A stretch of DNA of 64,000 bases, taken from positions 1,054,001 to 1,118,000 of the forward strand of contig JAYWIR010000042.1 in NCBI GenBank assembly GCA_036172245.1. Direction: 5' to 3'. A program made the translations under genes and the position numbers. Below are positions 13,251-24,048 of this stretch, piece after piece; the stretch's first letter is position 1; each line of letters begins with the position of its first letter. Under the pieces are notes generated by a model. That model saw only the letters and a list, made by a program, of their open reading frames with translations, was not told the DNA's origin and searched no databases. Source of the DNA: Raillietiella orientalis. Its lineage: Eukaryota.

Positions 13251-13762
13251 GAGACGAGCGGCGTGGAGGTTCTCCCCTCGGCGGCAGCAGCCGCTTCTTG
13301 GAGCAGGGTGGCTCGCCACCACTCCCCGCGGGCACGTCAGACAGGGCGCCCTCCTGGAGGTCGGGGAGCGGGAGGCAGGCAGACGACCCTGGTCGCTGGC
13401 AGGGGCTGCGGCGGCCTCCCTGGAAGCAGGAAGAGCCCTTCCATTCCCCCGGAGAGAGGCGGGACACGCCTTGGAGGCGTTCCCCAGCTCAGCCTTGCCC
13501 GCCCGCATCGCGGCCAGGAGGTGGCTGCTCCCACCCTTCCGGGAGCCGCAAAAACAGCACGGGGCATTCCGGCGACGGCGGCGGTGCCTCTCGGCCGGGT
13601 GTTCCGGGACGCCCGCTGCGAAGGACACTTGGCGGGGGCGAGCCCTGAAGCCCTACAGCCCCGAGTCCGGAAGGAGGGCGCGACGGGGCGCGGAAGGCGG
13701 CGGCCGAGGAGGAGACGTCGGCGAGGAACCGACGGAAGGCGCCCCCCCTCCGTCAGGAAGAG
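13251..13762 (+). CDS. Candidate next exon of the carboxypeptidase (low-complexity Arg/Gly/Pro-rich tail)
   Basis: Strong pyrimidine acceptor (cccttcctcctttccccag) in phase 0, matching the phase-0 donor at 12722/12723. 512 nt open, ending at AG|gtaggt. No homology support, and GC-rich sequence stays open by chance. Confidence 0.45.
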
Positions 13763-16700
13763 GTAGGTCGCTCCTCCCCCTCTTCTCGCTACGCCCGCTC
13801 CTTCCCTCCTGGAGCCGAGGAGCCGCCCACCCTCCCCCGCGGCTCAGGAAGCCTGGAGGAAGGGGAGTTCCTCCCCCCTCCCCCCTGTCCCAGCCGGCTG
13901 CCTCCGCGGACGCTCCTGCGCTTCCGCCTCCGGGAGGTCGGTTGCAGCCCTTGTCGCCGCACCCCCCCCCCGCCTTGGAGCCTCCAGCAACAGACAAAGA
14001 AGCGGGAGACGCCCTTCTTCCCCCTCCCGCAAAGGAACGGGAGGCGGGAAGGCAGCCCTCCCTTCCTTGACTGGGACCCTCCAGCAGGTCCCGGTCAAAC
14101 GGGTCTTCATTGCAAGATCTCCTCATCTGGGGCCATCGTCCCCCCCCCCAGCGCGCTTGTGACAAAGGCGGGGGGTCAGGCCCTGGTCTTCTCGCAGGAA
14201 GGAGGGGTGAGGCCCTCGGCAGGTCCAGATGAGTTCCTCTTCCCTCCCTGCCCCACCCCAGGCGCTCCCACAGCTGCTCTCTGCCCACGTCACCTCAGGA
14301 ACGTCCATCGGGAGAGTTTAGAGCGTGGGGCGGAGGTTGGCGGGGCAAAGGGGGGCTTCAGCTGTCTGGTGGATCGTTCCCGGAAGACCGCCTCTATTGA
14401 GGAAGCGGGGAGTAGGGGTGATTGGGTGGGGAATATTGCACACACCGCTTGCGTTTGCAGGAGGTCGGTGCGTTGCCCCGGCTCAGCCGCTTCCCGGAGC
14501 ACGGGCGGACGGCTCTCCGGGGGACTGCGTCGGGAGTCCACCCTAGGACAGAGAAAATATCGTAAGCCCTGGGGCGCTCGAAAAAGCGTCTTCTTCCCTT
14601 GCTCTCAACAGTGGGCGCGGCGGGTGGATCTCAACCGCATGGTCAGGTCCCGCGCGGACACTCCCGCCTTTCCTCTGCCTTCCCGCGCGCCGCTCTGGCG
14701 GGTGGGAGGTGGGGGAGACGGCGACAGCTCCTCTCCTTTAGGCGAGGAGGAGTGCGTGCACGTGTTCCCTTGAGCGCTCTTCTTCCTTCCAGCAACCCCA
14801 GGGTCGTCCGTCCGAGGGTCTCGTGAAGTCTCCCGAGACAGAGCAGGGGACCACAGCAAGGACCTCCTCCTCCCGCTGATCTCATCGCCAGCACCCAACC
14901 GCGACGGCGGCCCGCACGCGGGAGGAGATTCCGGAGGCCTTCCTTCCTTCTTCAGGCTGCCGAAGGAACCACCATGGAAGTCATCGTTTGCCCCTTCCTG
15001 GAGGCAGGCGCCCGCACGCGGCGGACGGCACGCCCATCCAGTGTCCCCACACCCCGACCGGGGGAGCAATAAACCAGGGAACGTGACGCCGGCCCCACGG
15101 CCGCATCGCCGGGCACTTTGCGGGGTCTCTGCAGGCTCACGAGAGGACACTTCCTTCCGGACCCTCGAAGTGAGTGTTCCGCCTCCCTTCCCGGTGGAGG
15201 AGCGCGAAACCTCCCGGAAATGAACCAGAAACCGGAGCCGAGAGGGCGCTCCGCAAGATGGGGAGCCAGGAAAGCACTTGGGGTGCAGCATGGGAGGAAC
15301 CACCCCTTCCTTCCCTTCGGCCGAGACATGAGAGAGCTCATGGAACCTGCGGGCGAGATCGAGGCGATATCTCCTTTCGGAAAGCTGAGCGGCTCTCGCC
15401 GAGAGGAGGTCAGGCGAAAGTTGGTCTGTCGGCTGTCAGCTCTCCGAGACTTCCGCTTCTCGAGGGAGGCCCCTTCTTCCCTCATTCCCCTAACCCCACC
15501 GTCCCTTTCTTCCTTAGCAGACTCCACTGCGCTTGCATCTCCTCCTCCGTGCCCGGCGAGCGAGCGCGCAAGAGCGACGCTGCCAAGGAAACTAGGTGCT
15601 GACCCGGCTTGTCGATGAAGACGGTTGGCGGAAGGTGAGGGCCTATGGAAAGCGGCGGCACGTGCAATGCCGACCATCCTCGCCAGCGACCGGCTGACGA
15701 AGGCGCAGGACTTCTGACCTGGAGTTGGAAAATCGAAACGGAGGCAGGAAAGCACCCGTAAGGGTGGAGTAGCTCCGATGGGTGCAACTGCATGCTGCAG
15801 AACGAACTCCACCACCCCTAGTAGAGCGGAGAGGAAGCGACCCTCTGAAGGGACCCGTCAGTGGCTGCAGAGCACGGGAAAGTCACGCGAAAGGCGACGG
15901 ATCGGGCAGACAGCAGCATTCGAAAGACTTCGGAGGCAGAAGGCGAGGACCTCATTCGGATACGGAGGTCACCGTGCTGCGGCGACGGCAGCAGCAGCCA
16001 CGGAGCGAAGTGTCCAGGCGTCCTACGGGGGCATGCAGGAAGCTGCCTCCTTCCTACCCTCATAGATGGAGGAGGCACGCGTGCCAGGGGCAGCATACCC
16101 CGGGAAGAGAATGCCGGCGAGGACCCGCTGCGCTCCTTGCTGGTCCGGACCAGGAGACGACGAAGAACACCGTTCAGCAGCAGCAAAAGCTGCAGTTTGA
16201 GAGCCGTAAGAGTTGTTTGGACATTCGGATGCATCCGCCCCACTGATTACCCTTCCGCTTCTGCAGCGCCTTCATATAAAAGGTGGATCCTGGTTCCACG
16301 GTCACCACGAACAACCCCAATGGCGGGTAGCGCAGATTCGAGTGGATCTGAGACGATTGGTGAATCACCCTTCTGTGGGTCGCGAATTTCCTCTCAGGTC
16401 ACACTCGCGACGGTGCCTTAAACGTTGGTTTTGCATAGGAAGACTACAGTCCGGCTGCCCTCCGGAAAAGAATCACTGACCCGCTACCTTGGCGCGCGTG
16501 GAGCAAGGAATGGCGGAGGCAACCAGGGGATCGGAAAGGGCGGCGTCAGTGGGTGAAGCGCCCTCAGAGCCCATCAGGAAAAGCACGAAAGCTCTTGGAC
16601 GCCAGAAGGAGCCTCCCTCTGAGAAAGGAACCGAAGGAGCCGCCCTTCGAGAGTTTCCGCAGATTGGCAGGTCCCCAGCTTTGCCTCTGGGAGCCCGGGG

Positions 16701-19341
16701 CCTCCCAGACTGCGCTTGAGTACGCACAGTTGTCCTGAGACGAACCTGCTCAGCAACCGTCTTCCCGAGATAAGCAGGCGCGCGTCGCGGTAGAGTGAAT
16801 ACCTCGGCTGGCGACAGCTCCATGAAAGGTGAAGGACGCGCCATGCAGGCTCCTCTTTCGAACGCCCACCCTTCGCTTACCCCTCGGGACGGCTAGGCTC
16901 GCGCCGTACCTCTGTAGGCCGCGAAGGCGGGGGAGGGAAGCGGGCAGCGACTGTGGCGCTTCGAGGTCCACTTCGAGGACGGGCGAGATGCGTTCGACGG
17001 GACACTCCGCCCTTCTGCGGACAGCCTTCAGTTTCCTTCCCTACGCCGCGAAGCGGAGGACCTCGTCTCCCACGCCTCGATGGGTGCAGCAGCTGCTCCT
17101 GGGATCGAACGTGGTGGAGAGGCGTTACACGGTCGACCGCAGAAGCAGCCTGGGCGGCGGAGGCAGCTCTGGGATGGTAATGTGGGCAGCTCGCGGTGGC
17201 GCAAGAGCGGCAGCCAGATCGACCCTCTCTCCTTCTCCCTCCCTCCCACAGCTCGCCCCCAAGGAAACGGATCCCTTTTCGTGCCTCCAAGCGGTGGTAA
17301 AGGGTGTCGAGAATTGAGCAGTCGGGGAGTGGCTCTCCTGCCCCACGCTCGCCCCGAGACGCCTTTGGGTGCGGAGGTCACCGGACGAAGGCAGGAAGTG
17401 ACAAGCCACAGAAAGGCCTCTCTTTGTCCTCAGCATCCGCGGACAAAGACTGGAGCGCACAGAGGATCTTGCGCGTGCTGGGGTTAACAGCCCAGCATGC
17501 ATTCCTGGGGCTCGCCATCGTCCGCTATCTGGGCGTGATGCTCCAGGAGATGACTTTCCTAGCGACCGGTGAAGCGACCTGAAAACTTGGGATGTCGGGT
17601 TCCTTGCCAGCCGCAGTGCTAGGTGGGAGAGGAAGGGCAGAAGGGGGAGGTCAGCACGCGTCGGTCAAGGCGCGCTCCGGATGACCTCGGGCCTTGCTCC
17701 GCGTTTCCTCCCGCTCCTGGCTGCTCCCCTCGACTTCTCTGGACGACCTCAGGCGAGCGTCTCCGGGGAAATCGCAGCGGCCCCGAAAGAGGAATCGTCC
17801 CGAGCGAGCTTGCCTGAAGAAAGGGGAAGAGAGAGGGGAGGGAGGGAGTTTCTTTGTGAAAGTGGCACGGCGATCCCCGCGCAAGCTCGTCTGCGGGATC
17901 TCCCGCTGCACCTGCAGCGGGGATCTTCCTCCGGGACCGTCATGGATGTCGCGAGAGCTTGGTAGAGACGACCCCGGCGTCTCAAAGCAATCGACCCGGA
18001 AAGCGCGCCATCGAATCCGTGTCAGGAGGTTGCCATCTCCTCCCTTGCCCCTCCTGGGATTGCTGGACGCGCGCGTCGCGTCGGACGCTCCCGCAAGGGC
18101 ACATCGCGACGGAACTTCCCAGCGCGCTTTCCCGTACTCGCCTCCGAAGCCCGCAAGAGCGGGAGGATTCCCAGGATGGATGGCTGACCGAGAGGCGCGT
18201 GCACGCGCACGTCCCGCCTGTTCGCGTTTTTTGGTGCTGCGCGGCGTGATCGTTCCGGAAACGGCAGGAAGAGGGCCCCAGACGCCATGTTTCCCGCTGC
18301 AGGCCCCTCAGCTAATACCCTTTCCCTAAGCGCTTGCTAGGAACAACCGCTTCTGCTTCTCGCGAGATACTTCGGAAGATGCTGGAATCTTCCCGATGCC
18401 CCGCAATTGTGGGTCGGACTTTCAAGACGGAGAAATTTCGGGAAAAACAAGGCAAAACGGAAGCGAAAAATCGACACACAGAACAGACGTTTTGCGGGAA
18501 CGCGAACGCCTGTGTCCGAACGGTTGCCACCCATTGCTGACGGTGTGCGGCGTCGCCTCGCGTCGTGAGGTTGCCACGTCCACGTGGAGCGTCCCCTACC
18601 CGCGAGCAGGTTCCGCTTTTTTCCACCCGGGTTCCGTCCGGCGAAGGCCGAGGATAGAAGAGCCTCACCGGGAATTTTCCATTACGACTGACTTCATTCA
18701 GGACCAGGACAAACTTGTCGTGCTTGTGGACATGCGGGAATTCCCCCTCGCGAGTGCAACCGTTTGAGCGGCACGGAGGCGCGCAGTGGAACTACAAATC
18801 ACCGTGGCAGAATGATGGAACTCAACAGGTCTCCCGAGTTTTGTCATTCCTTCGGCACAAACTACAAGGTAGATCAATGGAATGCCATTCAGGGGAACTG
18901 CCGGGAAGCTTGTGCCTTTCCACGGGCGCAGCCTGGTTCGCACGAGTCTGAGGAACGCGCACGATCCACCCCATCCCACCCCATCTCCTCCTTGAGCGGC
19001 GTTCCCCATGACGGAGCGCGTCGTTGTCAGCGGCCGGGCTGGCACGTTATCTGAACCAGGAAAATCAGTGGGGAGCTTCGCGGAGAACCGCGCGCGTGGG
19101 GAAGGGGGGGGGGGGGATACCGCCCTCGAGGAGGAAGCCCGCTCACCTAGCGGCGGCGGGCGAACGCAACCGAAAGCACAACTCTGGCAAGCGCGGTCCC
19201 GCGAAGCCGAAACTTCCAGAGCGCGTTTCAGGAAACTGCGTGGAGCGATCCTGCGATCCTCAGGAAGCCGTTATTGGATGCTGAACAGTTATCTCTCGTG
19301 ACGCGGAAATTTGAAAGTCAAGTATGGGAAGAACTCTGGGG

Positions 19342-19349
19342 TATAAAAA
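19342..19349 (+). promoter_or_regulatory. TATA box of the calcitonin-like gene
   Basis: TATAAAAA inside very GC-rich sequence. It is followed by a plausible non-coding first exon (~19372-19481) ending in G|gtgagt, which splices to the acceptor ttgcag|20175 lying 16 nt before the ATG. Confidence 0.65.
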
Positions 19350-20190
19350 GGGGTGTGTGCGCAAAGATGAGCAGATCGTGTCTGTCCATCACGCCCTCAG
19401 CTGCCTCGTGCCGCCACAGGAAGCAGGAGAGGAAGGTGTCACTCTGTCGTTCCTGGTCGCCTCTTTCTCCGAGTGCGCTGGGTGAGTTCGGTTGTCAGTG
19501 TGCCCGGGGGAAGGTAGGGGGAAGGACCTACCCACCCACCCACCCTCCCTCCCCTCCAGCCTGCCGTCGTCCGCGAAGCTGCCGCTGGGGAGGCCTTCCG
19601 TCTTTGAGGACTTCGGCGGGGTTCCCTCACGCGCTCGGAAGGGAGCGCGCACCTCGCTGGGGAAATCTCGTGCTCTCCAACCCCCCACCTGGGAGGCGGA
19701 TGGCCACATTTCTCGGGGTATTGGCGTGGGGAAAGGGGAGAGGGGAGGAAAAGGGGAACCAGGTTCCCCCGTCTTCCTGCTCTCACCGCAGTGTCACCCC
19801 TCAGCTTCGACGCGGATCGGGGTGGCCGAGTGGCTCGAGAATCGCAAAGGGGAGAAACCTCCCGCGCCCTGTTCCACAGGTCACGCGGGAAGCTCGGACT
19901 GCTCCCGTGCGGGCTGGGGCGAGGAAATGGGGGGAGGAGGGACAGGGGTGGTTGGAAAGAGACCGCGGGGAGAGCGCGCCTCGGGCTCGTCGGCCATGCG
20001 CTCCCGGACGCTCCCGTCGCGCTCGCATACGGCGGCCACCGGCTGCGGCGGCTTCCCCGCGTCCAGCGTTGACGAGTGCTCCCTCGTCCCTGATTGGCCC
20101 GGAGCCCCCGGACGCGAACAACCCGGCAGCCGGAGAGCTCTGAAGCAGAGCGGCCGCTTCTGTTGTGCTTGCAGGTTGCTTGCGGGAAGC

Positions 20191-21855
20191 ATGAACGGCG
20201 TCTTGGCGGTCTTCGCGTCGCTGATGCTCCTGATGAGTGGCTGCTCAGCGACGACACAGGAGGAGCTTATCTTGAGGTAAACCCTTGCCCCTCCCCCGCC
20301 CTCTCTTCCTCCCCACCCTCCTCCTCTGCCCCACACAGTTGGGGGACTCAGTGGCTGGCTTCCACAATCCGCCACCCTTCTCGTCATCCCTCGGTTACCT
20401 GAGCAATGATCAGGAAGAAGACGAAACGAACCTCACCCCACTCAAGGTGGATGTCGGATGCACCCAGAGGATGATGACGAGGATGGAGCAGAGCAATTCT
20501 CTCGGCGCCACCCTATTCCTGCGGGGGGGTGCACAGGAAAGGCTTCTCCCTCAACGCCCCATGGGTGCCGGAGGCAGTCGGCGGTCCTCTCTCTCGCCCC
20601 AGCAGCAATAGGGCCAACCGGAGGCTCCTCAAGTCCCAACACTCCCTCTTCCGTTCCGTCGAAAGCCACTCTCTCTCTCTTTCTTGTTCCTCCTCTTCCC
20701 CCTTCCGCGTGCTCCCGCCTTGCTCTCCCTCCCTCTTTTTCTTTCTTTCAGATACTTGGAAGACCTCGAAGAGAACAGGAAGACGATGGAATACCTGAAG
20801 GAGCTGGTGCAGTCTCTAGACCAGGGGATCGAAAGGATGCAGTGAGTTTGCTCGCGCGCTTTCCCGAAGGCTCCCCGAAGAGGAGCGGTCCTGCCCTTCC
20901 CTCCATATTAGTGCTCCCGCGTTCCCTCCCTTCCCCTGCCCCCTCCCACCTTTCATTCCCCTCTCTCATCCGCAGAAGGAGAGCAGGGGAAGGGGAAGCT
21001 CTATTTTCCCTCCCAAGGCGGCGGCATGGAAGCATCGGGCTCCCCCTTCCGAGTGCCGGAGGGCGTCCTTTTCCAGGCTGCAGAGACAAGGAGGGAAACA
21101 ATCGAGGACTCGTTCACAACCTCTGACGGGGCTCCCTGCCCACGGCTTCCTGCCTGCCTTCCTCTCTTTCCTCTGTGCCTCCAGGGGAGGAGTGCTACTC
21201 CAGTTTGCTGCCACGATGGCAGCCGGTCCAGAGACAGGCGCCTGGATTTTTGTTCAGCTTTCTCCCGAGGCTCCTTCCAGGCCAGGAGAAGGAGGAGACA
21301 GGTGGGGTGAGAGACGGAGGACTGAACGGAAGGGCGTCAGAGGAAAGTCCTTCCGTTGGCGGACGCTCCGGCGCCCCCGTGCAACGCAGCTCCTCTCCCA
21401 GAGTGGCGAGGCGCTCTCCTCGTTGCTCACTCGCCCGTCCTGCTCTCGGAGCTGCGGCGGATGAGGGAGGGGAGTGGGTGAGAGGGTGACACTGCGGCAG
21501 GGAAAACGCCTTCTCCGAGATGCCCAACCTCAGGACTGCTCGCCCTTAGCCCTCCGCATCCACCACCCCTCCCGCCTCTCCAACCGCGGCTGCACCACCG
21601 TCCTTGGGGGACGCGCATGCTTGGCGATGATATCCTTCTGCCCACCTCCTCCTCCGCTCCTTCTCACTCTCTCTCCCTTCCAGCAAGCGGACCTGCAGCA
21701 TCGGGGCGGGCCTGTCGCAGAGCTGCGACTACAAGGACGTCCTGAACGCGGTCAACGAGGCCAACTACTGGGGATCCAAGGCGTCCCCCGGGAGGAGGAG
21801 GAGGAGGTCGGAGGAGGCGGCCTCTCCAGGCGTCCTTCCTGCGAGACTCACGTAG
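20191..21855 (+). CDS. Calcitonin-family neuropeptide precursor (115 aa)
   Basis: Coding exons 20191-20276, 20752-20841 and 21684-21855, joined by phase-2 GT-AG introns with long pyrimidine tracts. Protein: MNGVLAVFASLMLLMSGCSA (signal-like) TTQEELILRYLEDLEENRKTMEYLKELVQSLDQGIERMH KR TCSIGAGLSQSCDYKDVLNAVNEANYWGSKASP G RRRRR SEEAASPGVLPARLT*. A KR-cleaved 33-mer with an N-terminal Cys pair and C-terminal Pro-Gly-polybasic (Pro-amide) is the calcitonin architecture. Confidence 0.9.
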
Positions 21856-21935
21856 GCTTCGGGCGCTCCGCGGACGCACGCTCGCCTGGGGCCCGCCAGC
21901 TTCCCATCTTTTGCTTGCTCGGGGTCTCCCCGATG

Positions 21936-21941
21936 AATAAA
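21936..21941 (+). terminator. Polyadenylation signal (AATAAA) of the calcitonin-like gene
   Basis: AATAAA 80 nt after the TAG, in GC-rich context where this hexamer is rare. Confidence 0.7.
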
Positions 21942-23062
21942 AAGTGGGGAAAGCAGTAAGAGCGAATGGGTGTGTCTCTCCGTCCCCACCCAGGTTTCTT
22001 CGGGAAACGAGATGAGGAGGGGGGAGGGTGCAAGAAGGCATGAGGGAAGGGGGCCCAACTGCGTTTATCCCTTGCGCCTTCCCTGCTCTCGCAGCTGCGC
22101 CTTTTCAACCTGGTCTGGACGGCAGGGCAGGCTCGCCGCGGATGGGGAGGGGCACAAGGAAAACAGGCAGAGAAAGAAGCTTGAGACGAACGCATCCGAT
22201 CCCCACCCCCTTCATCCCACGTCCCATTCGAGCACTTGCAGATTGGGGAGGGATGCGTCGGGAAGACTACCGGAACCTTCGTCCCCATCTCCTTGGTAGC
22301 GGTGCCGTACTGTTGCAGAACTCGGACCTTCTCACCCTCCTACTTCCCTCCTGGCTGGGCATCCTCCGGAGGTTGCCCAGCAAGAAGGGGAAGTCTGGAT
22401 CGGTCCCCTCAAGTGCCCTCCCTTGGACATGCACCAGAGAATCAGGAAAAAAAAAATCCCTCCTCTCTCCTCCTACTGGAACAAGAGAGTGGACCCGCGG
22501 GCAGATCACAGGCCCTTTTGGGCCCCGATCGAGGGCCCAGTGATGTTCCCTCCCCTGACTCGCGACGCTGCCCGGGCTGTAACCAAAGGGGACTGGCTGG
22601 CACTCCCGTCGATCCGCTGCTGGCGGACGAGCGTGTGAAAAAAAGGCGGACTAGTCGGTTCAGGGATGGAAGATGGGAAATGAGAACTTCAGGTTCCCAA
22701 GACTCCTTAAGGATACAGGCCGGAGATGAGCAGAAACCTCCCAGATCTCGCCCTCTGGCCCCTGTTTCCCTTGCTTCCGCTCCCCAAGAGCTTCGACTGG
22801 AAGATTTTGCAGGAAGCTGTCTGTCCGCTGACCCATCAACGCCGCGCACATGCAATCCTGCCAGAGCTTCCGGCTCCCGGGACCTTTCTTCCCCCGTTTC
22901 GATGCCTCTACAGGTTAAAAGCCTAACCCCTCCTTCCCTGTTCCATCACTGTGTCACCCTTCCCAGTTCTCCAAGCTCTCTTAATGACCAGGTTCCACAT
23001 AGTCCCACGAAACTCTCCCCAAACCTGCGGCCCTCCCATGAAATTCTGTGCCCAACTGGGAT

Positions 23063-24048
23063 CCGGCCCTGCCTCGCCTCCTCGATCCCTCTCCCAACAC
23101 AGGGAACCCATCGAAGAGGAATGAAAGAGAGTCGAAGATCTTCCAGGGCGGCTGGACGAGTGACCAATAGCGACGCGAGTTGCCGATCTCTCCGCAAACG
23201 TTGATCGCAATTGCGTGCGCCTCTCCGGAAGGCGTCGTCGGTTGCACGCACATAACTCGCAGCAGAAGGTTCCGCTGCCTCCACGAGGACGATCCTGTGA
23301 GTCGAGGACGAGAAGGACAGGGGCGAAGGCTGGCTCCGGCAAGCGCCCGTGGGGTCTTGCCCCCCTCCCCTTCCCATCTACTGGGCATACATAGGAGACT
23401 GCGAGCCGGGGGAGAGGTCCCAAAACCCCACTAGGTCTTCAGACCGGAACTCGAGGCTATGCTGCTTCCCCGCCCCGTTTCTGGCACGGTGCAAGAGGGC
23501 GAGGTGTGGTGCCTTCTCGGCATTCCCCTCACCCTTCCCCATGAACAAGCCTGATTGATCCTTTGTCCGGGTGCGGAGGAAGGGGGAACAGAGCTGAGCT
23601 ATCCCCGCCCGGCTGCCTGACTGGCTACCAGAGAGTTCCGAGAGAAGCCCCGGAGTCCCTAGAAAGATGCCCACCGCAGCCAGGAGGCGGTACATTAAAC
23701 TTCCTCTTCCCTTCATCTCCGATGGGAAGGAGAGAGGTAAAAGAGAAGTAACAGCATCCTTCCAGACGGGGAGTCAAAAGGAAAGCTGATCTAGGGAAGC
23801 GGGAAGGGTTGACTGGGGAAATTCCCCAGAAAAATTGAAACTAATGACAACGGCGCTCCGATATCCATCTGCACCCCGGCCCTGCCTCGTTCTCTTCCTC
23901 CCTCCCACAACGCAGGGAACCCATTGAAGGGGAGTGGACGGGCTTCGAAGATCTTCCAGGGTGGCCGAACGAGCAACCAATAGCGACGCGCAAGAGTGAC
24001 GCTAGCGACCGATCATCAGTTTGCTACGCAGACGTTAATCGCAATTGC
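23063..24048 (+). repeat. Diverged local direct repeat, two copies (23063-23214 and 23876-24048)
   Basis: Shared blocks ccggccctgcctcg, cagggaacccat, tcgaagatcttccaggg, accaatagcgacgcg and atcgcaattgc occur in the same order in both copies. Confidence 0.8.

Noticed and set aside
20094..20402. Reading exon 20175-20276 in the alternative frame (VACGKHERR...) as a carboxypeptidase exon
   Set aside because: The other frame gives ATG, a signal peptide and phase continuity into two further exons; this frame has no support.
21185..21310. Acceptor-preceded frame with cysteines and RRRRR inside the calcitonin intron
   Set aside because: That frame needs phase 0 (the donor is phase 2) and lacks the Pro-Gly amidation signal.
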